DNA of 64,000 bases from Euprymna scolopes (lineage: Eukaryota): NCBI GenBank assembly GCA_053919585.1, contig CM132788.1; one strand, 5' to 3'. The notes below the pieces were generated by a model, which worked only from the letters and a program-made list of their open reading frames with translations, ran no database searches and was not told the DNA's origin. Positions 1-13,269 of this stretch are shown piece by piece. The stretch's first letter is position 1. Each line of letters opens with the position of its first letter. The translations under genes were made by a program, and so were the position numbers.

Positions 1-819
1 TTAGAACTGTTTATATACCCCCTAGATAATAATATCTAGGATTTGCGAATGCGCATCGCGTCTAGATTTATTTACGTCGACTTTTACATAATTTTTGCTA
101 TTTCAGCCCCTCTCATGTTGATTCGGCTTTTTCGTATAAAAGTGAAACTGAGCCGGGAGCATTCAGAAAGCAATGGACATTTGATCAATGTCAGTGAAAA
201 CCGTCATATCAAACAATTGCTTTCATTTGGACACTCCCCTAATAAAGGGGGAGCTGGTTTTCCTCATGTTGGGGAAACAAAACCAGACAAAGTCGGGTAA
301 AAAACAAACCCAAAAGAACTATCTCGCAGTTAAAAATTAAGTGCGGAATTTAATTTCCTTTGACCTAATTAAATTCGCCGCGCACCTGCCACTTGTGCAT
401 TTAAAACGTTAAATTGAAATTCGTTTCAGTTACTTTCCTTTCATGGCCGAGCGGTAACTTATCAAGTTGTTCACCTCAACGTTCCGGTTCGATCCTACCA
501 AAACTTTTTTTATTTTACTTTTTCTTCTTTTTACATCATGTTCGCTGTTTTTTTTTTTTGTTATTCCGATTTTTTAGAAGAAGTTTAACATAGGATTTGG
601 ATTTCAACACCCCCCCCCCCAACACACTTCCCTACAAAAAACTTTTTTTTCGCTGTTTTTTTTTTGTTTGTTTTTGTCCGTTTTTTTTTTATATTTGTTT
701 TCGAGCCTACCTTCCTACCAAAACTTTTTTTTTTCCTTTTTTGATCTAGCCCCCCACCCCCACCCCACCCCAACATACACACCTACAAACACCTGGGTAA
801 CGCCGGGTATCCCTGCTAG
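1..819 (+). mobile_element. 3' part of a non-autonomous Helitron-like element with an internal tRNA-like segment
   Basis: Ends in a GC-rich subterminal hairpin plus CTAG|T (ctgggtaacgccgggtatccctgCTAGt, 793-820). Internal A box TGGCCGAGCGG (~445) and B box GGTTCGATCC (~486). The 5' end is not identifiable. Confidence 0.55.
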
Positions 820-860
820 TTATATATAATTATAAGATATATATATATATATATATATAT

Positions 861-1086
861 TAAAAATAAACTAAGATGAATGCACAAAATGTATAACGAC
901 TTTTGCAACTTTTACCCATTTTTGACCCCTTAAAAACTATTTTAACCGGCTAAAGACCCATAAAAGAACGATCCATAAAAATTCCAATCATTTGAGGCTT
1001 CTATAGCTGCTCTGCAACTTTTAGTTTTGGAGGCGAGAGTTTGAAATTATGGAGACAGACAGACATATAGCCATTTATATATTAGA
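861..1086 (-). mobile_element. 5' module (~230 bp) of Helitron-like family H, inverted
   Basis: Reverse complement of 1316-1548; begins TCTAATATATAAA on the - strand; same module and same boundary at 5035-5277. Confidence 0.65.
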
Positions 1087-1087
1087 T

Positions 1088-1300
1088 TTTAATTTTTAAT
1101 CAGTTCATATGTGTGTCACATTAGTACAGTGGTAACGTCATCAGCTTTGAATATTACAGTTTTGGTTTCGATTCTAGCTAATGGCACCCAAATACTTTCT
1201 TTTTTTTACTTTTGAAATCACAACTCTATAATAATGTATACGAAATCTGGGTAAATTAATATATCATATTTAAGCGTCTTTTCGACTAGGCAAAACCAGA
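1088..1300 (+). mobile_element. 3' module of family H (tRNA-like segment plus tail)
   Basis: Direct repeat of 1540-1745 and of ~21320-21712. Confidence 0.65.
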
Positions 1301-1315
1301 CGCCCCCCCCCCCAG

Positions 1316-1775
1316 TCTAATTTATAAAACTCACTGTGTCTACCTGTCTGTCTCCATATTTTCAAACTTTATCTCTTCCGAAACTAAAAGTCGTAGAGCA
1401 GCGCTAGGAGCCTTAAATGATTGGATTTTTTATGGACTGTTCTTTTATGAGTCTTAAGCCGGTAAAAATAGTTCTTAAGGGATCAAAAATGGGTCAAAAA
1501 TGAAAAAATCGTTATACATTTTGTACATACATCTTATTTTATTTTTAATAAGTTCATATGCGTGTCACGTTGGTGCAGTGGTAACGTCACCAGCTTTGAA
1601 GGTTACAGATTTACTTTCGGTTTCGATTCTGGCTGATGGCACCCAAATACTTTTTTTTTTTTAACTTTTGAAATTACAACTAATAATATATACAAAATCT
1701 GGACGGATTAAAATATCATATTTAAGCATATTTTATGACCAGTCACAGTGGTAACCCTAACCCTCCCTGCCAGTT
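1316..1775 (+). mobile_element. Near-complete family H Helitron-like element (5' module, tRNA-like segment, tail)
   Basis: Starts TCTAATTTATAAAAC. Its tail is homologous to the copy at 21655-21712, which ends ggcaacaccgggcaacataCTAGt. Confidence 0.6.
1562..1644 (+). pseudogene. tRNA-like sequence embedded in a repeat
   Basis: Acceptor-like stem GTGTCA/TGGCAC, A box TGGTGCAGTGG, B-box-like GGTTTCGATTC; the anticodon arm is degenerate. Confidence 0.55.
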
Positions 1776-1821
1776 AAAGAGTAAACTATAATAGATATTA
1801 AAATATTATAATTAAATACTA

Positions 1822-1825
<4 letters not shown>

Positions 1826-1887
<62 letters not shown>
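1826..1887. repeat. (TA)n microsatellite
   Basis: Seen directly. Many others occur, e.g. 4279-4322, 13198-13266, 19700-19755, 26920-26979, 29673-29746. Confidence 0.95.
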
Positions 1888-1890
<3 letters not shown>

Positions 1891-2379
1891 TAACCGAAAA
1901 GGGGTGGGTTATAAGTAGTATAATGGATTCATCTGAACCATATAAAATATAGTAGTTTTGCAAATAAGAAACACTTTCTTTTTGGGGAGCAAAGACTAAT
2001 GACATAGATAAGGAAGACATTTTTAATAACAATAACATGAATAAGTTAGCTAAATTAAACTGGTGCAAGAAACTAGATTTGATATCCAGAACGTTTTTGT
2101 TCTTGTTTTGTTTTGTTTTGTTTTTTACGGGAGGTGGTGTTTGATCAATACTACTGGTAAGTCATATATACTATTTTGTTTTTAAATCTTCGAGACCGTG
2201 TTTCATGGTAAACAACTGATAATCCCCAAAATAACATTAGGACTATTGTAGATTCTTGAAAACAAATTAATATAGTAATTGCAGAAGGTCAAATTAACTT
2301 ATTAACTAAATAATTTTCCAATTAATAACTTGGACTTTTTTTTTTAGATAGTTTTCAAGGTTGAAAATCTTTATATATA

Positions 2380-2738
2380 TCTATATAATTATAAAACTCA
2401 AATGATCTTGTAACGATGTATGTAACCAACCTTCTGGTTTACATCCGGTTGCGCATGCACGCGTGACCTGCACACTGAAATATTAACGTTATTATTTCGA
2501 AATTATTATTTAACATGGGGTTTAAAATAACTTAAACGTAATACAGAAATGAACGATGTAAAAAAAAAACAGAAAGCAGACAGTATTAACAATTGTTTAT
2601 TTGGATAATTTAAACGCAAAAAAAAAAAAAAAAAACAACAATTGGGACGCTGAAATATTAACGTTGTTATTTCGAAATTATTATTTAACATGGGAAGAGT
2701 GGGATTTAAAATAATTTAAACGTGATACAGAAATAAAC

Positions 2739-2771
<33 letters not shown>

Positions 2772-3086
2772 GCAGATATATCAAAATTTGAATTTAACTA
2801 TAATAAGTATTATGGTATCTGTTCAGTGCACATTTACCTATAAGTATGGCCAACCACTTATAATTCAGTAACTGTAAAAAATGTTTTTCAAAAATAATCA
2901 ATTATTATAAACAGAACGACTCATAGAAATCTATCTATATTCTTTTTTCATTTTAATATACTTTCATAGAAATGCTTCTGTTATGTCAAAAAAAAACTAT
3001 TTTCTTTATGTCACAAGTGTAACGCTCATACATGAATTCCATGGCTAATATTACATACTGACCCAACGGGTCACGGGTAGTCTAGT
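2380..3086 (+). mobile_element. Non-autonomous Helitron-like element
   Basis: 5' TCTATATAATTATAAAA and 3' hairpin acccaacgggtcacgggt plus CTAG|T. Internal tandem duplication 2476-2580 / 2650-2780. Confidence 0.6.
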
Positions 3087-3092
3087 ATATAT

Positions 3093-3767
3093 ATATACCC
3101 GTTCATATACACTTTTTCATCATAAAGCTAGAACCCAGAATTAGATGGAATCGAGCAATTGCATTAACAATGGAAAACACCAGACCCAAAATGGGTTTCG
3201 ATGTACTGCATCTCATCAGTGACGTGCTCCGACATAGGCGTGAACCCAGGTCGTCACATGCATAAGTGTGCAATACTGACTGCCTAACCGTATGGGCCTC
3301 AGCACAATCCATTGGCTATGCCTCAATTTTAATTTTTATATTTTATCTAGTTCTGCATTCTACTATGTGACAAGTCATGCGTCCTATACAACTAAGATAG
3401 TTACTGTTGGTATGCAGGCGGTAGACATCACATCTACAAACATTAAGTGAAATTACCCGACTCTCCAGATACGATTACAGAACAACCTATTTGTTGAGGG
3501 ACATCACGTCTCTATGAAGGATGAACCGCCTTTTCTACTATTAGACATTAAGAGGAGATTATACATAGATATAAATACCCGTTCACATACACTTTTTCAT
3601 GATAAAGCTACAACCCAGAATTAGATAGAATAGAGCAATTGCATCGACAGCGGACAATGCCAAACCCAAAGTGGGTTTCGATGTACTGCATCTCATCAGT
3701 GAGACATATGCACATAAAGTTATGAACAGTACGTAAGGCCTGAGCAAAGCCAAGCTGAATTGCTAGT
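3093..3767 (+). repeat. Duplicated segment (3093-3310 / 3572-3750) ending in CTAGT, Helitron-like
   Basis: Both copies start ataccgttca(t/c)atacactttttcat; the second ends gcaaagccaagctgaattgCTAGt. Confidence 0.5.
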
Positions 3768-3768
3768 A

Positions 3769-4272
3769 TATCTATAAAAGTGAAATTGTGTGTGTACATT
3801 TCCCTACCAAACTACTCTGTCAATTTTCAGTCTATGGACTTGAGATTTGATATAATGGTAATGAGATTTGAGAAATCTTTTTAATCAGTTTTCGGCCAGA
3901 AATTTGGCTGTTAAGGAGTCAAAGTTCAACGATTTGACCTTTGAAAACTCTACCAAACTCCTTTGCCAATTTTGGGTCTAAACACTTGAAATTTTAGATG
4001 TAGGTTACTTGGACATGGATCAAACTTTTTAATTTGATTAGATCCCCCCTAGCAAACTATTCATCCAATCTTTGGTCTAAATATTTGAAATTTTATATAA
4101 AGGATATTCAGACATGCAGCAAGCTTTTTAATCAGTTTTTGGACGAAAATTTGGCTGCCAAGAGGTCAAAGGTGAAAGAGTTGACTTTTGCAGACTCTAC
4201 CAAACTCCTCCTCCAATTTTAGGTCTAAACACTTGAAATTTTAGATGCAGGTTACCTGGACATGAGTCAGAC

Positions 4273-4280
<8 letters not shown>
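3769..4280 (+). repeat. Helitron-like 5' end with internal degenerate tandem repeat (about 4 units of 100-150 bp)
   Basis: Recurring ctaccaaactcct...aattttgggtctaaacacttgaaattttagatgtaggttacttggacatg; homologous to 21085-21200. Confidence 0.6.
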
Positions 4281-4327
<47 letters not shown>

Positions 4328-4991
4328 TAAAGTTATGAACAGCACATAGGGTTCGAGCAATATATATATAAATATATTTGTATCAACTACTTAAAATCCA
4401 GAAAATATTTACTGTTTATATGATAGTACTATTGATATGTATTAAAAGTTTTATTTATAAAAACATACCACTACACATCGAGATATATTTCAACTTCAGG
4501 TTGCCGTTTGAGAATAATAAATTTTACAGTTTGTATGTAAAAAAATGGAAATTTGCATTTAGTATAATTTATTCATATCTATATCTATAATTTCAAATAG
4601 TATAAAATATTTTTTTAATAAATTTGTTTTCAATGTTATCATAAAGTGATTCTTAAAACATAAGTATATGCTCATTATTAGGGATAGAGCGTTATTAAAG
4701 TTAAGTGAAAGTAAAAATAATCAAATATAAAAGTAAATACTTTATAAGTTTAATCATTTAAATGGTATGAATATAAAATACAGAAAATCCTTTAAACGTG
4801 TTTTTTTTTTTCAAATAAAAAATCGCATTAGCAAGAGAAACAAATTATTTAACAAAAAAATAATTGGTTTCAATTATTAATGTGAAAAAAAGTGTATACA
4901 TCAGGTAAGAAATCTGGTTCGTTATAATTACAAGTAAAAATAGAATAAAGAGTATAACTGTTTTTTCCTCTGATAAAAGGATTTGTTTATT

Positions 4992-5034
<43 letters not shown>

Positions 5035-5277
5035 TTTAAAAATAAACTAAGATAAATGTATAGAATGTAAAGCGATTTTCTCAATTTTGACCCATTTTTG
5101 ACCCTTTAAAAAATATTTTTACCGGCTAAGGACCCATAAAAAAATGGGCTGTAAAAAATTCTATCATTTGAGGCCCATAGCGCTGCTCTGCGACTTTTAG
5201 TTTCGGAAGAGATAGTTTGAAAATATGGAGACAGGCAGACACACAAACAAATATATAGCTTTTTATATATTAGATTT
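5035..5277 (-). mobile_element. 5' module of family H, inverted
   Basis: Colinear with 861-1086. Confidence 0.65.
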
Positions 5278-5285
5278 TCATATTT

Positions 5286-5291
<6 letters not shown>

Positions 5292-5367
<76 letters not shown>
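5292..5367. repeat. Compound (TA)n(GA)n microsatellite
   Basis: Seen directly; a similar one at 6449-6508. Confidence 0.95.
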
Positions 5368-5372
<5 letters not shown>

Positions 5373-5792
5373 CTTGAATGTGCTGAAATTTCATTGCAAC
5401 ATGCGCAATAGGATGTGGGTTGTCCTTGTCTCAGCAAGATATTGCTATTATCAAATTGGATGTGTACACAATACACGGCGTTTATAAGCTTTATTTATAC
5501 TTGTAATATGTAAGAACATGACTGTAACAATAGCAGCAGGTCCTTCAAACGCTGCAATTTATATGCTGCTTATTGTTGTGCAAAATTATTGGATCCAACC
5601 ATGGCCTCTTGGTACATATGTGTTAGTAGGTCAGGGTTCAGCATATTTCATAAACTCTAATATTTTTTTTCCTTGTCTGACATTAATGCTGCACAGTGTA
5701 TCGAATGTCCTGCTGAGAGGGGATGAATGTTACTGGAAAATGTCCTACTTGGTCTTTCTGAGTATTAAGTTAATGATTAAACCTATTGCAAT

Positions 5793-5993
5793 ATTTGGAT
5801 TATTCGAATGTTGGTTGTTATTCTCACAACATCTCAGCTGATGTTACTTCCGACCTTCTTCAGGTGAAATTTTTTTAACTCAGGAATCTTTATGTTGAAT
5901 TCTGGAACCTTCTTTAGTTCAACAAGATGTACCTGAAGAAAGAGGTTACATCAACTGAAATGTGAGAGTAACAACAAAGATGAGGATAGTAGT
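5793..5993. mobile_element. Family P pair A: two 3' fragments in inverted, tail-outward orientation
   Basis: - copy 5793-~5910 (reads CTGAAGAAGGTCGGAAGTAACATCAGCTGAGATGTTGTGAGAAT) abuts + copy ~5916-5993 (gatgtacCTGAAGAaagaggttacatcaactGAAAtgtgag). Confidence 0.75.
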
Positions 5994-6443
5994 TTCATCC
6001 CTGTGGGGAATCGTCAGGTTAAGCGAACAGAATTTGTATTAATGATTTCTTTTATATATCCACATTATATTTAGTTCAGATAGGCCTGTACATGTAGATA
6101 TTTAGATGACTCGTCTAAATTATGTTTGAATGAAAAGTTTGAAATTCTAAATGTTAAAGATTCTCAAAACCTATTAAGCTGTAGAAATGAAATAACAAAA
6201 AACTGTACATGCAGAATAAAGTTTACCTTAAGATTACAATATATATAACAAAAAAATAAAATAAAGAAGCTCAGCCATCGACTAATGGAAACATTAACCT
6301 GTGATAAGTAATAACAATGAATCCAATTGGTTAGCTAGCTAGACTAAACGTCATGTGGATATATATAAAAACAATCAGTAACATGAATTCCATGCACTTA
6401 GGCTATCGATTCCCTCTGCATAGCTTATTTGCCATATATATAG

Positions 6444-6514
<71 letters not shown>

Positions 6515-7369
6515 TTAAGTTGATAAGTTCCTATTTTTCTGATGAGTTAGGGCAGAATAATTACATGAATGATTTTGAACTATGAAACAGGTGCTGTCAA
6601 GAATTGAGCATTTTAACATAAATAAACGTAAGATGGATAATACCTTTAGATTTGGAATATAAACTTTTTGTTATTTATTTGTAGATGCTCTGTAGGTACA
6701 TTAAACTTCATAAATTAAAGGGTTAGTATAAATGAAGTGTGAAATATAATTGAATAAGCATATTTTTCCATAAATGATCTTAGAATTTAGCATTGTTTCC
6801 TTTATTATACTTATATATAAAACAAAACGCTGATTAATTAGCAAATGATCCATATGTATCTTAATGAATGTATATTTATAAATTTTTTATTTTCACCTTT
6901 AGAATTGAATTTATATTCAATTTTACAATCTGTAAGACTTAACAAAATGGCCTTTTTCTTCAGGAAGACAAAAGAATTCAGCCGCCATGTTGTTGATAGT
7001 GACTCCATAATTGCCACTTGTCAATGCGTCTGACAAGTTAATCAGATAATCCCGAGAGAACGTTGATCTCGTGTTGTCAGTATGACTTTTTTATGCTATT
7101 CACTCTGCTGATAATTTGACATGTTCTGCAACTTGCACAAAACTCTCCCTGCTTCGTTATCATCTAAGGAAACATAACTTATACTTTATATGAATTCAAA
7201 TCAGAATAGGAATATTTTTCTTACAATATTTCCGTCTGATTCTTTTAATCAATTACCTTATTATTTTGCAGCCCTTACCTCGTTTGCTTTCGATTATTGG
7301 TTCTGTATTCCATGTTTGAATTCTGTTATGTCTATTGTGTGACTTTCATTAATACTCTTAGATAAAATA

Positions 7370-7663
7370 GTAGAGTAAACTAGGCTTTCAAACCTTGGTA
7401 AAAAAGACCAAATAGAAAACTTTGAAAGGATACCAGAAGAAATTTAATTTTCAAGCCTTTTTAAGAAGACAAGTCTAGCAGATGGAAAACTCCAAAACAA
7501 TATGAGAATATATTAGACTTTCAAGCATTGGTAAGGAAACTAGTCTAACAGATGAAAAGCTCCAAAATGATAACAGAATATACTAGACTTTTAAGACTTT
7601 CTATGGAAACTAATCTAGTAGATAGAAAACTTCAAAAGGATACCAGAATATACTAGACTTTCA
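7370..7663 (+). repeat. Degenerate minisatellite, ~70-bp unit, about 4 copies
   Basis: Unit tagactttcaagcattggtaaggaaactagtctaacagatgaaaagctccaaaatgataacagaatatac. Confidence 0.8.
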
Positions 7664-8692
7664 TGATTTGTATAAACCAAAGATCATGCAGAGGAACTTA
7701 AATAAATTAGATTAGTAATAGACTGTTATTATAAAAGTAATCTCTGCACAAGACTACTTTCCACATATGGAACATAATCCTAAAATTATGCCATCGATTT
7801 TCCAAACATTTACTGCTTATTTATAATACTATTGTACTCTCTATGACAAAAATAATGGGTGAAAAAATGATGCTTTGCAAGTGTTCAAACTCGCTATTTA
7901 TCCAGTTATATTATTACAATATTTATATAAAATCATAGAATTACACCAGCAGTTTTATTTTGTGCATATAAATTATCATTTCTGATAAACTAAATAAAAA
8001 AAAAACAAGCAGCAATTAGTTTTTACGTTTTAATCTTGTTCAGTGAGTAAGGAAAATATCACACTCCAACAGTTTCCTATGCTAGAATAAGTATCGCCAG
8101 GAAAAAAAAACGAAGGAAAATAAAATATATTTGTGCTAACATAATGGAAAAAAAAAAGGAAATATAGACCAGTCTGAATCAATTATCAATATGCCAGATA
8201 ATTTTTATTTGAGTTTGGTTTTTAAAATCCAACAAAATTATGTTAAATTAAGGTTTCATTTTTCTCCAAAAATCCTCAGTCATTTATGGAACGTTGATGT
8301 TTTTCTATGAATTAAAATGTATATAAAACATTATTGTTTAGGTTTTAAGAAATGTATAAGATGGCTTTCTTTTGAACGTAAAAATATATACTTTCTTTTT
8401 GTATACTTTTTTTTATTACGTTTCATATTGAAAGATAAGGGCCCGTACGAGTTTTGTTTAAGAAAATTATTTTCGAAAAGTACATTCTTAATTCAATTTA
8501 ATATAAATACTTGAAATATGTATGTGATACTTTAAACAAATAAGGACATTCATGGCATTTTTCTGTATTAGCTTGTGAGAGCAAAGATAATTCTCTAATC
8601 TTTTATGTCTGGGAGAAAACAAGTATTTCCCCTTTAAATGATATGCTTGAATCAACACACTGTGAATTATGTAAAATAAGAAGAATATCAAT

Positions 8693-8850
8693 TTTAGGGT
8701 CACTCCAGTGAAATTCAACAAGGGTGTGTCGCGAAGGTTCTCAGGTTTTCACCATTTTGAAAGAACAAATCCCTTAAAATCTCAATTTTATAATTGTTTA
8801 CCAGTTTGTAGCTATTTTGAACATATTAAGTTTCTCTCAGTTTTAAAGGT
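8693..8850. repeat. Old dispersed repeat, inverted partner at ~11090-11290
   Basis: gtgaaattcaacaagggtgtgtcgcgaaggttctca versus tgagaaccttcatgacacaccctaagtgaatttcgc. Confidence 0.55.
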
Positions 8851-9049
8851 CAATAATTCCAATTATGATTTCAAGAATTAACTAAAATGTGTATTTCTTT
8901 AATCTCTACCATATGAAGTTCATAAAATAAGACCAACCAATTCTTTCAGCTGATCCAATATAGAAAAATTACAAACCAAAAATTGAAAGATTCCCTGTCA
9001 CCGGCACTCTTTTATTTAAAAATAAATAAACAATAACAACAACATCCGT

Positions 9050-9480
9050 TTTACATGGTGTTATACATTGACTGGCTTCAAGAAATTGACTTTCAACTTA
9101 TCTCTGGTCATGTCTTTCTTTATCCTTCATTTCCCTCGGGTTCATTTTTATTCATTACTCCTATGTTTTCCTTGGACTTCCTCTGTGAATTGAACCTACT
9201 ATCTCAACTGTTCTACATCTACTCATGCCAGAACTTTCATTCATTCTTTCAACGTGGTTATACCATCAAAGTCTATTCTTCTGTACACATCTCCCTATAC
9301 TGTCCAGATTTAATCTTCCTCTGAGGTCATCAAAACGAAGTCTGTTTTTAAGACTCCCATTGCACATGAATCGTTTTATCATTTTTTTCTCTGCAATGTA
9401 TGTTCTCAACTTCACTAATTAGACTTTACATCATCACACCATGTGCAAATATCTGATAGACTCTTCCCTTCGTCAGCAGT
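9050..9480 (-). mobile_element. RTE-clade LINE 3' fragment
   Basis: The - strand translates SLKNRLRFDDLRGRLNLDSIGRCVQKNRL*WYNHVERMNE (RL.W.GHV.R motif); homologous to 56673-56790. Confidence 0.7.
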
Positions 9481-10311
9481 GGTAATTCTCTACTGGTTAA
9501 TAATGGCAGAACCTATGATGACAAAGTGAGAAAAACGGAACCGAGGGAAAGAGGGATAATAAAGACCTGTTCAGACAGAAGTTACTTTGAAAATCAATCT
9601 CTAAAAATCGTTTAATGCATGCCAGCATGTAATACAGACATTAAACCGAATATGATAGTAATATATATGATGATGATGATGATGATGATAGCTTGTTTTT
9701 CGTGCAAGTAAACGATCTTTTTAATAATTGAATTCATGTTTTCTGTTAAAATTCCAAGTTTACTGTATGACTAGATGACCAACTGTTCATATTGTATCAT
9801 AGTCATTCAAAAGTTGGACTTTTTTCTAAAATACCGTCCAAGGTTTTTTCAATATTTTATTGCCATATATTCTACACTATTGTACACTCTCCATGAAAAT
9901 TGATGGAAAAAAACTCATACTTCACTTCATTTGTACTCCTAGCTATATAAAATCATAAAATTACATCAATAATTTAATTATTTATATTATTTCTTCTTCC
10001 GCTTATTCATTTAACTTTTCTGATTGAGAGGTCAGGTGTTTTGGGATATTATACTCTCCAGTTTATATGATTCAGTGGGTCAGCTGTCTTTAAATTCCAA
10101 TCGGCGCAGTCTTGTCTAATCATTTATTCCCAAATTTTATTTGACTGGCCAATCTTCCTGAGATTAAAGACATCCATGTTTCTGCAACGGTTTATCCAGG
10201 AGAATTATTACTCCCCACATGACCCTATCAGCATAACCTGATTTGTCCTTAGGATAACCTTTGTACTGGCAAATGTAATGCTTTCGGTATAAGTCATCGT
10301 CGTCATCATAA

Positions 10312-10314
10312 TCA

Positions 10315-10386
<72 letters not shown>
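10312..10386. repeat. (ATT)n(ACT)n compound microsatellite
   Basis: Seen directly. Confidence 0.95.
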
Positions 10387-10389
<3 letters not shown>

Positions 10390-11334
10390 GATAACGTAAA
10401 AAAAAAATAAAAAACCCATTTATCATTGACTATTTATTTTGAATGATGGATTGCGTTTCCAATCCATTTCAGACAGTGAGGATTGTCTTAACTTATTTGT
10501 TTTCTTGTTCTTTCCCGTCACTTAAAATTGTTTCATTCAGAGATGAGAAAAAAAAAGCACATTTTTTACTTGCAAACTTTTGATGTGATGGATATATTGT
10601 ATTTATTTATAGAAAAAATATACAAATAAATACACATTGATCTTTATCAAGTGAAAGATCGGCTGGTATTTTTTGGGAGGGAGTATTTATTGTCTAGTAG
10701 AATTCAAATAATGGATATTAAAAAAACTTCCAATTGTTTTATGTTTTATTATTTATGAAAACCAAAATCCAGTTGAGAATAAGAGTTAATGAGATTTTCA
10801 GGACTATGAAATGGATTGCAAAATATGTTTAATTCATAGGATGACTCGATAAGTATTTGTTGATATTGAACTTGAAAAATGACAATGTTGTAGTTTGTAG
10901 CAAAGCATTCCCACAGTAAGGTGTTCCAGGAAGATCTTTTAAGGAAATTCTGTTCATAGCAGTTCCGTTTTCTTTTAGGTACACAGAGGAAGAAAGAGTT
11001 TTATGCAGTGTTGATAGAAGAGTTCTTGCTAAAATGTTTTTATAAAGTAAGGGAACCAGAGCTTGAAGTATCAACTACTTGAAATTATTGGTCTTTCTAA
11101 TTAGAATTATTGGTCTCCAAAAATGAGGGAAATTTAATATTCTCACAATCTCTAAAATTGCTTGCAATTTAAATGACTATACCCCTGACTGGTAACAGAT
11201 ATGGAGTTGAGATTTTCTGGAATTTCATGGATATTAACACATGAGAACCTTCATGACACACCCTAAGTGAATTTCGCAGAAATGGCCATATTAATCCAAT
11301 TTTTTTAAATTCTAAATATTATCATTGCTCAAAG

Positions 11335-11500
11335 AATACCCGTTCCAGGACGGGTAAAGTTAATTTCTGTGAACAGTCTTGCACAACTTTTATGTTTTTT
11401 ATGAAGATTAAAATCAAGATTAAAATCTAGATTAAAATCGAGATATAATAAACATAACTAACTTCTTGTCCCATAGGAAAACCTCACACGGTAATTTAAT
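11335..11500 (-). mobile_element. Helitron-like 3' end fragment
   Basis: Hairpin tacccgttccaggacgggta; homologous to 58403-58560, which retains ACTAG. Confidence 0.5.
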
Positions 11501-11609
11501 CAAATATCCACTTTTTTCGGGTGTTTTTCCTTTCCCCTTTTTTTTTTTTTACTGATTATTTATGATGAAAAACGCAGGGTGTTTAAAATATTGAAGAAGA
11601 AAAAGAAGA

Positions 11610-11661
<52 letters not shown>

Positions 11662-11977
11662 TAATAATACAAAAACAAACACCATCCATCATTTTCAAAA
11701 TACATTTCTAGAAACATACCAAACTAATCTTACTTAATAGAGATAAAAAGTAATAATCTTCCAAGATAAATATTTACTATTTGTTTTTTAGCCAAACTTT
11801 ATAAATCTTTTTGTCTGTTAGCTTTCGTGTTCTATGAAAATTTGGAATGTAACATTTAGATTGGAAGGCATACAAAAAAATAAAAACAACAACAACAAAA
11901 AAAAATTAATTCAAAGAGTACAAAATTACAATTAAAGGGAGTGATTGGAAACATTAGGATTAACTACTTTCGTTCTC

Positions 11978-12135
11978 ATTAGATTACCAATTGTGGTTAT
12001 GTCCTTGACAATCAATCCGACAACACCTTTGTTGATGTCGAGCTGGGGTATGGTTCTATTCAGTTCTAACAAGTCGACCTTTCCAGGCTTTATCCTCTCT
12101 CTGAAAAGGGGGTTAGTTTATTGGTAATCACTGGA
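11978..12135. repeat. Unclassified dispersed repeat, direct copy at ~13716-13852
   Basis: Shared cagttcta...gacctt(t)ccaggctttat/ac...ttagtt(t/c)attg(g/c)taatc. Confidence 0.6.
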
Positions 12136-13191
12136 GCCATACTGGAAAATGCCGACGGTGCTGTTTAGGCATCTTTTGTAGGTCAAAGTGTGTTGATGCT
12201 AGTACAGTGTCTTTTTAGAATCTCATTTGACCTTGTGTCTAGCTTCCTGGAGAGGAGATAAACTCATTAGATCACAACGTTCAGCAAAGTGGGTTGGATT
12301 CATTCTCATCTCATTAGCCCTTACCCTCGACTGCATTTTAGCTTAGATAAATGATAAGTCAATGCTAAAACAAAATACTTTTTTTTGAGGTATTGTTTTT
12401 TTTTTGTTTTTTTTTAGACAATTGTACAAGTAATCACGCGCACTCACTCACACACACACACACACCCACACACAAATAAAACAGGAAAAATAAAGATGAG
12501 GATTCGGATAATAAGGTTCAGTACTTCTGGCTAGTTATGTTTTATTATAAAAGTATTTTTTATATATATATAGTTTATCAAGAACATCTGGTCATTAAGA
12601 AACAAAAAAGATCTGTTGGATCATCTGGAACAATTCCAGCATTGTAATATTTTCTTTCTTCCCTTCATAATTTTCACAATCTTTGAGCATTTTTATATGA
12701 AAATGAATGTTCGGACAAAATAGAAAAATTACAAAGATCCAAATCATCGTTTTTTCCACGTTGTATTGTTAATTAGGAATAGGATCTGAAACTAAAATCA
12801 AATATAAATTTAGATTGTTGTTGTTATTATTTTATTTTATTTATTTATTTTAACCGACTTGATTCTGTTGTTGGCATTGGTGTCTCCAGTTCGTTTGAAA
12901 ATCAGGAACTTACAAGTATAACCACATGAAGATTGCCAACATATTTGGCACTAACCAATCTATTCAGCATTGCCCGGGTTAGTAGTAAGTAATTTATTTC
13001 TAACATAACAGATTCCCTGTTGTAACATGCAAAGTAAATCTTACTGTAAATCTGAAACAATTAATGAGGTAAAACTTACAACAAAAAAAAGTTTCTTGAT
13101 TATTATAATTATTATTAAGATTAAGCCTCCCTTATTTTGCTCATAAAAATAAATTTGCACTCATGATTGTTAACCAACCTACATTAACTTT

Positions 13192-13267
<76 letters not shown>

Positions 13268-13269
<2 letters not shown>

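Noticed and set aside
1562-1644. Functional tRNA gene
   Set aside because: The anticodon and T arms do not pair properly and the sequence lies within a multicopy repeat.
1752-1765. taaccctaaccct telomere-like motif
   Set aside because: Only two units; expected by chance.
7370-7663. CRISPR-like array
   Set aside because: Eukaryotic context, whole units are degenerate copies with no unique spacers, and there are no cas genes.
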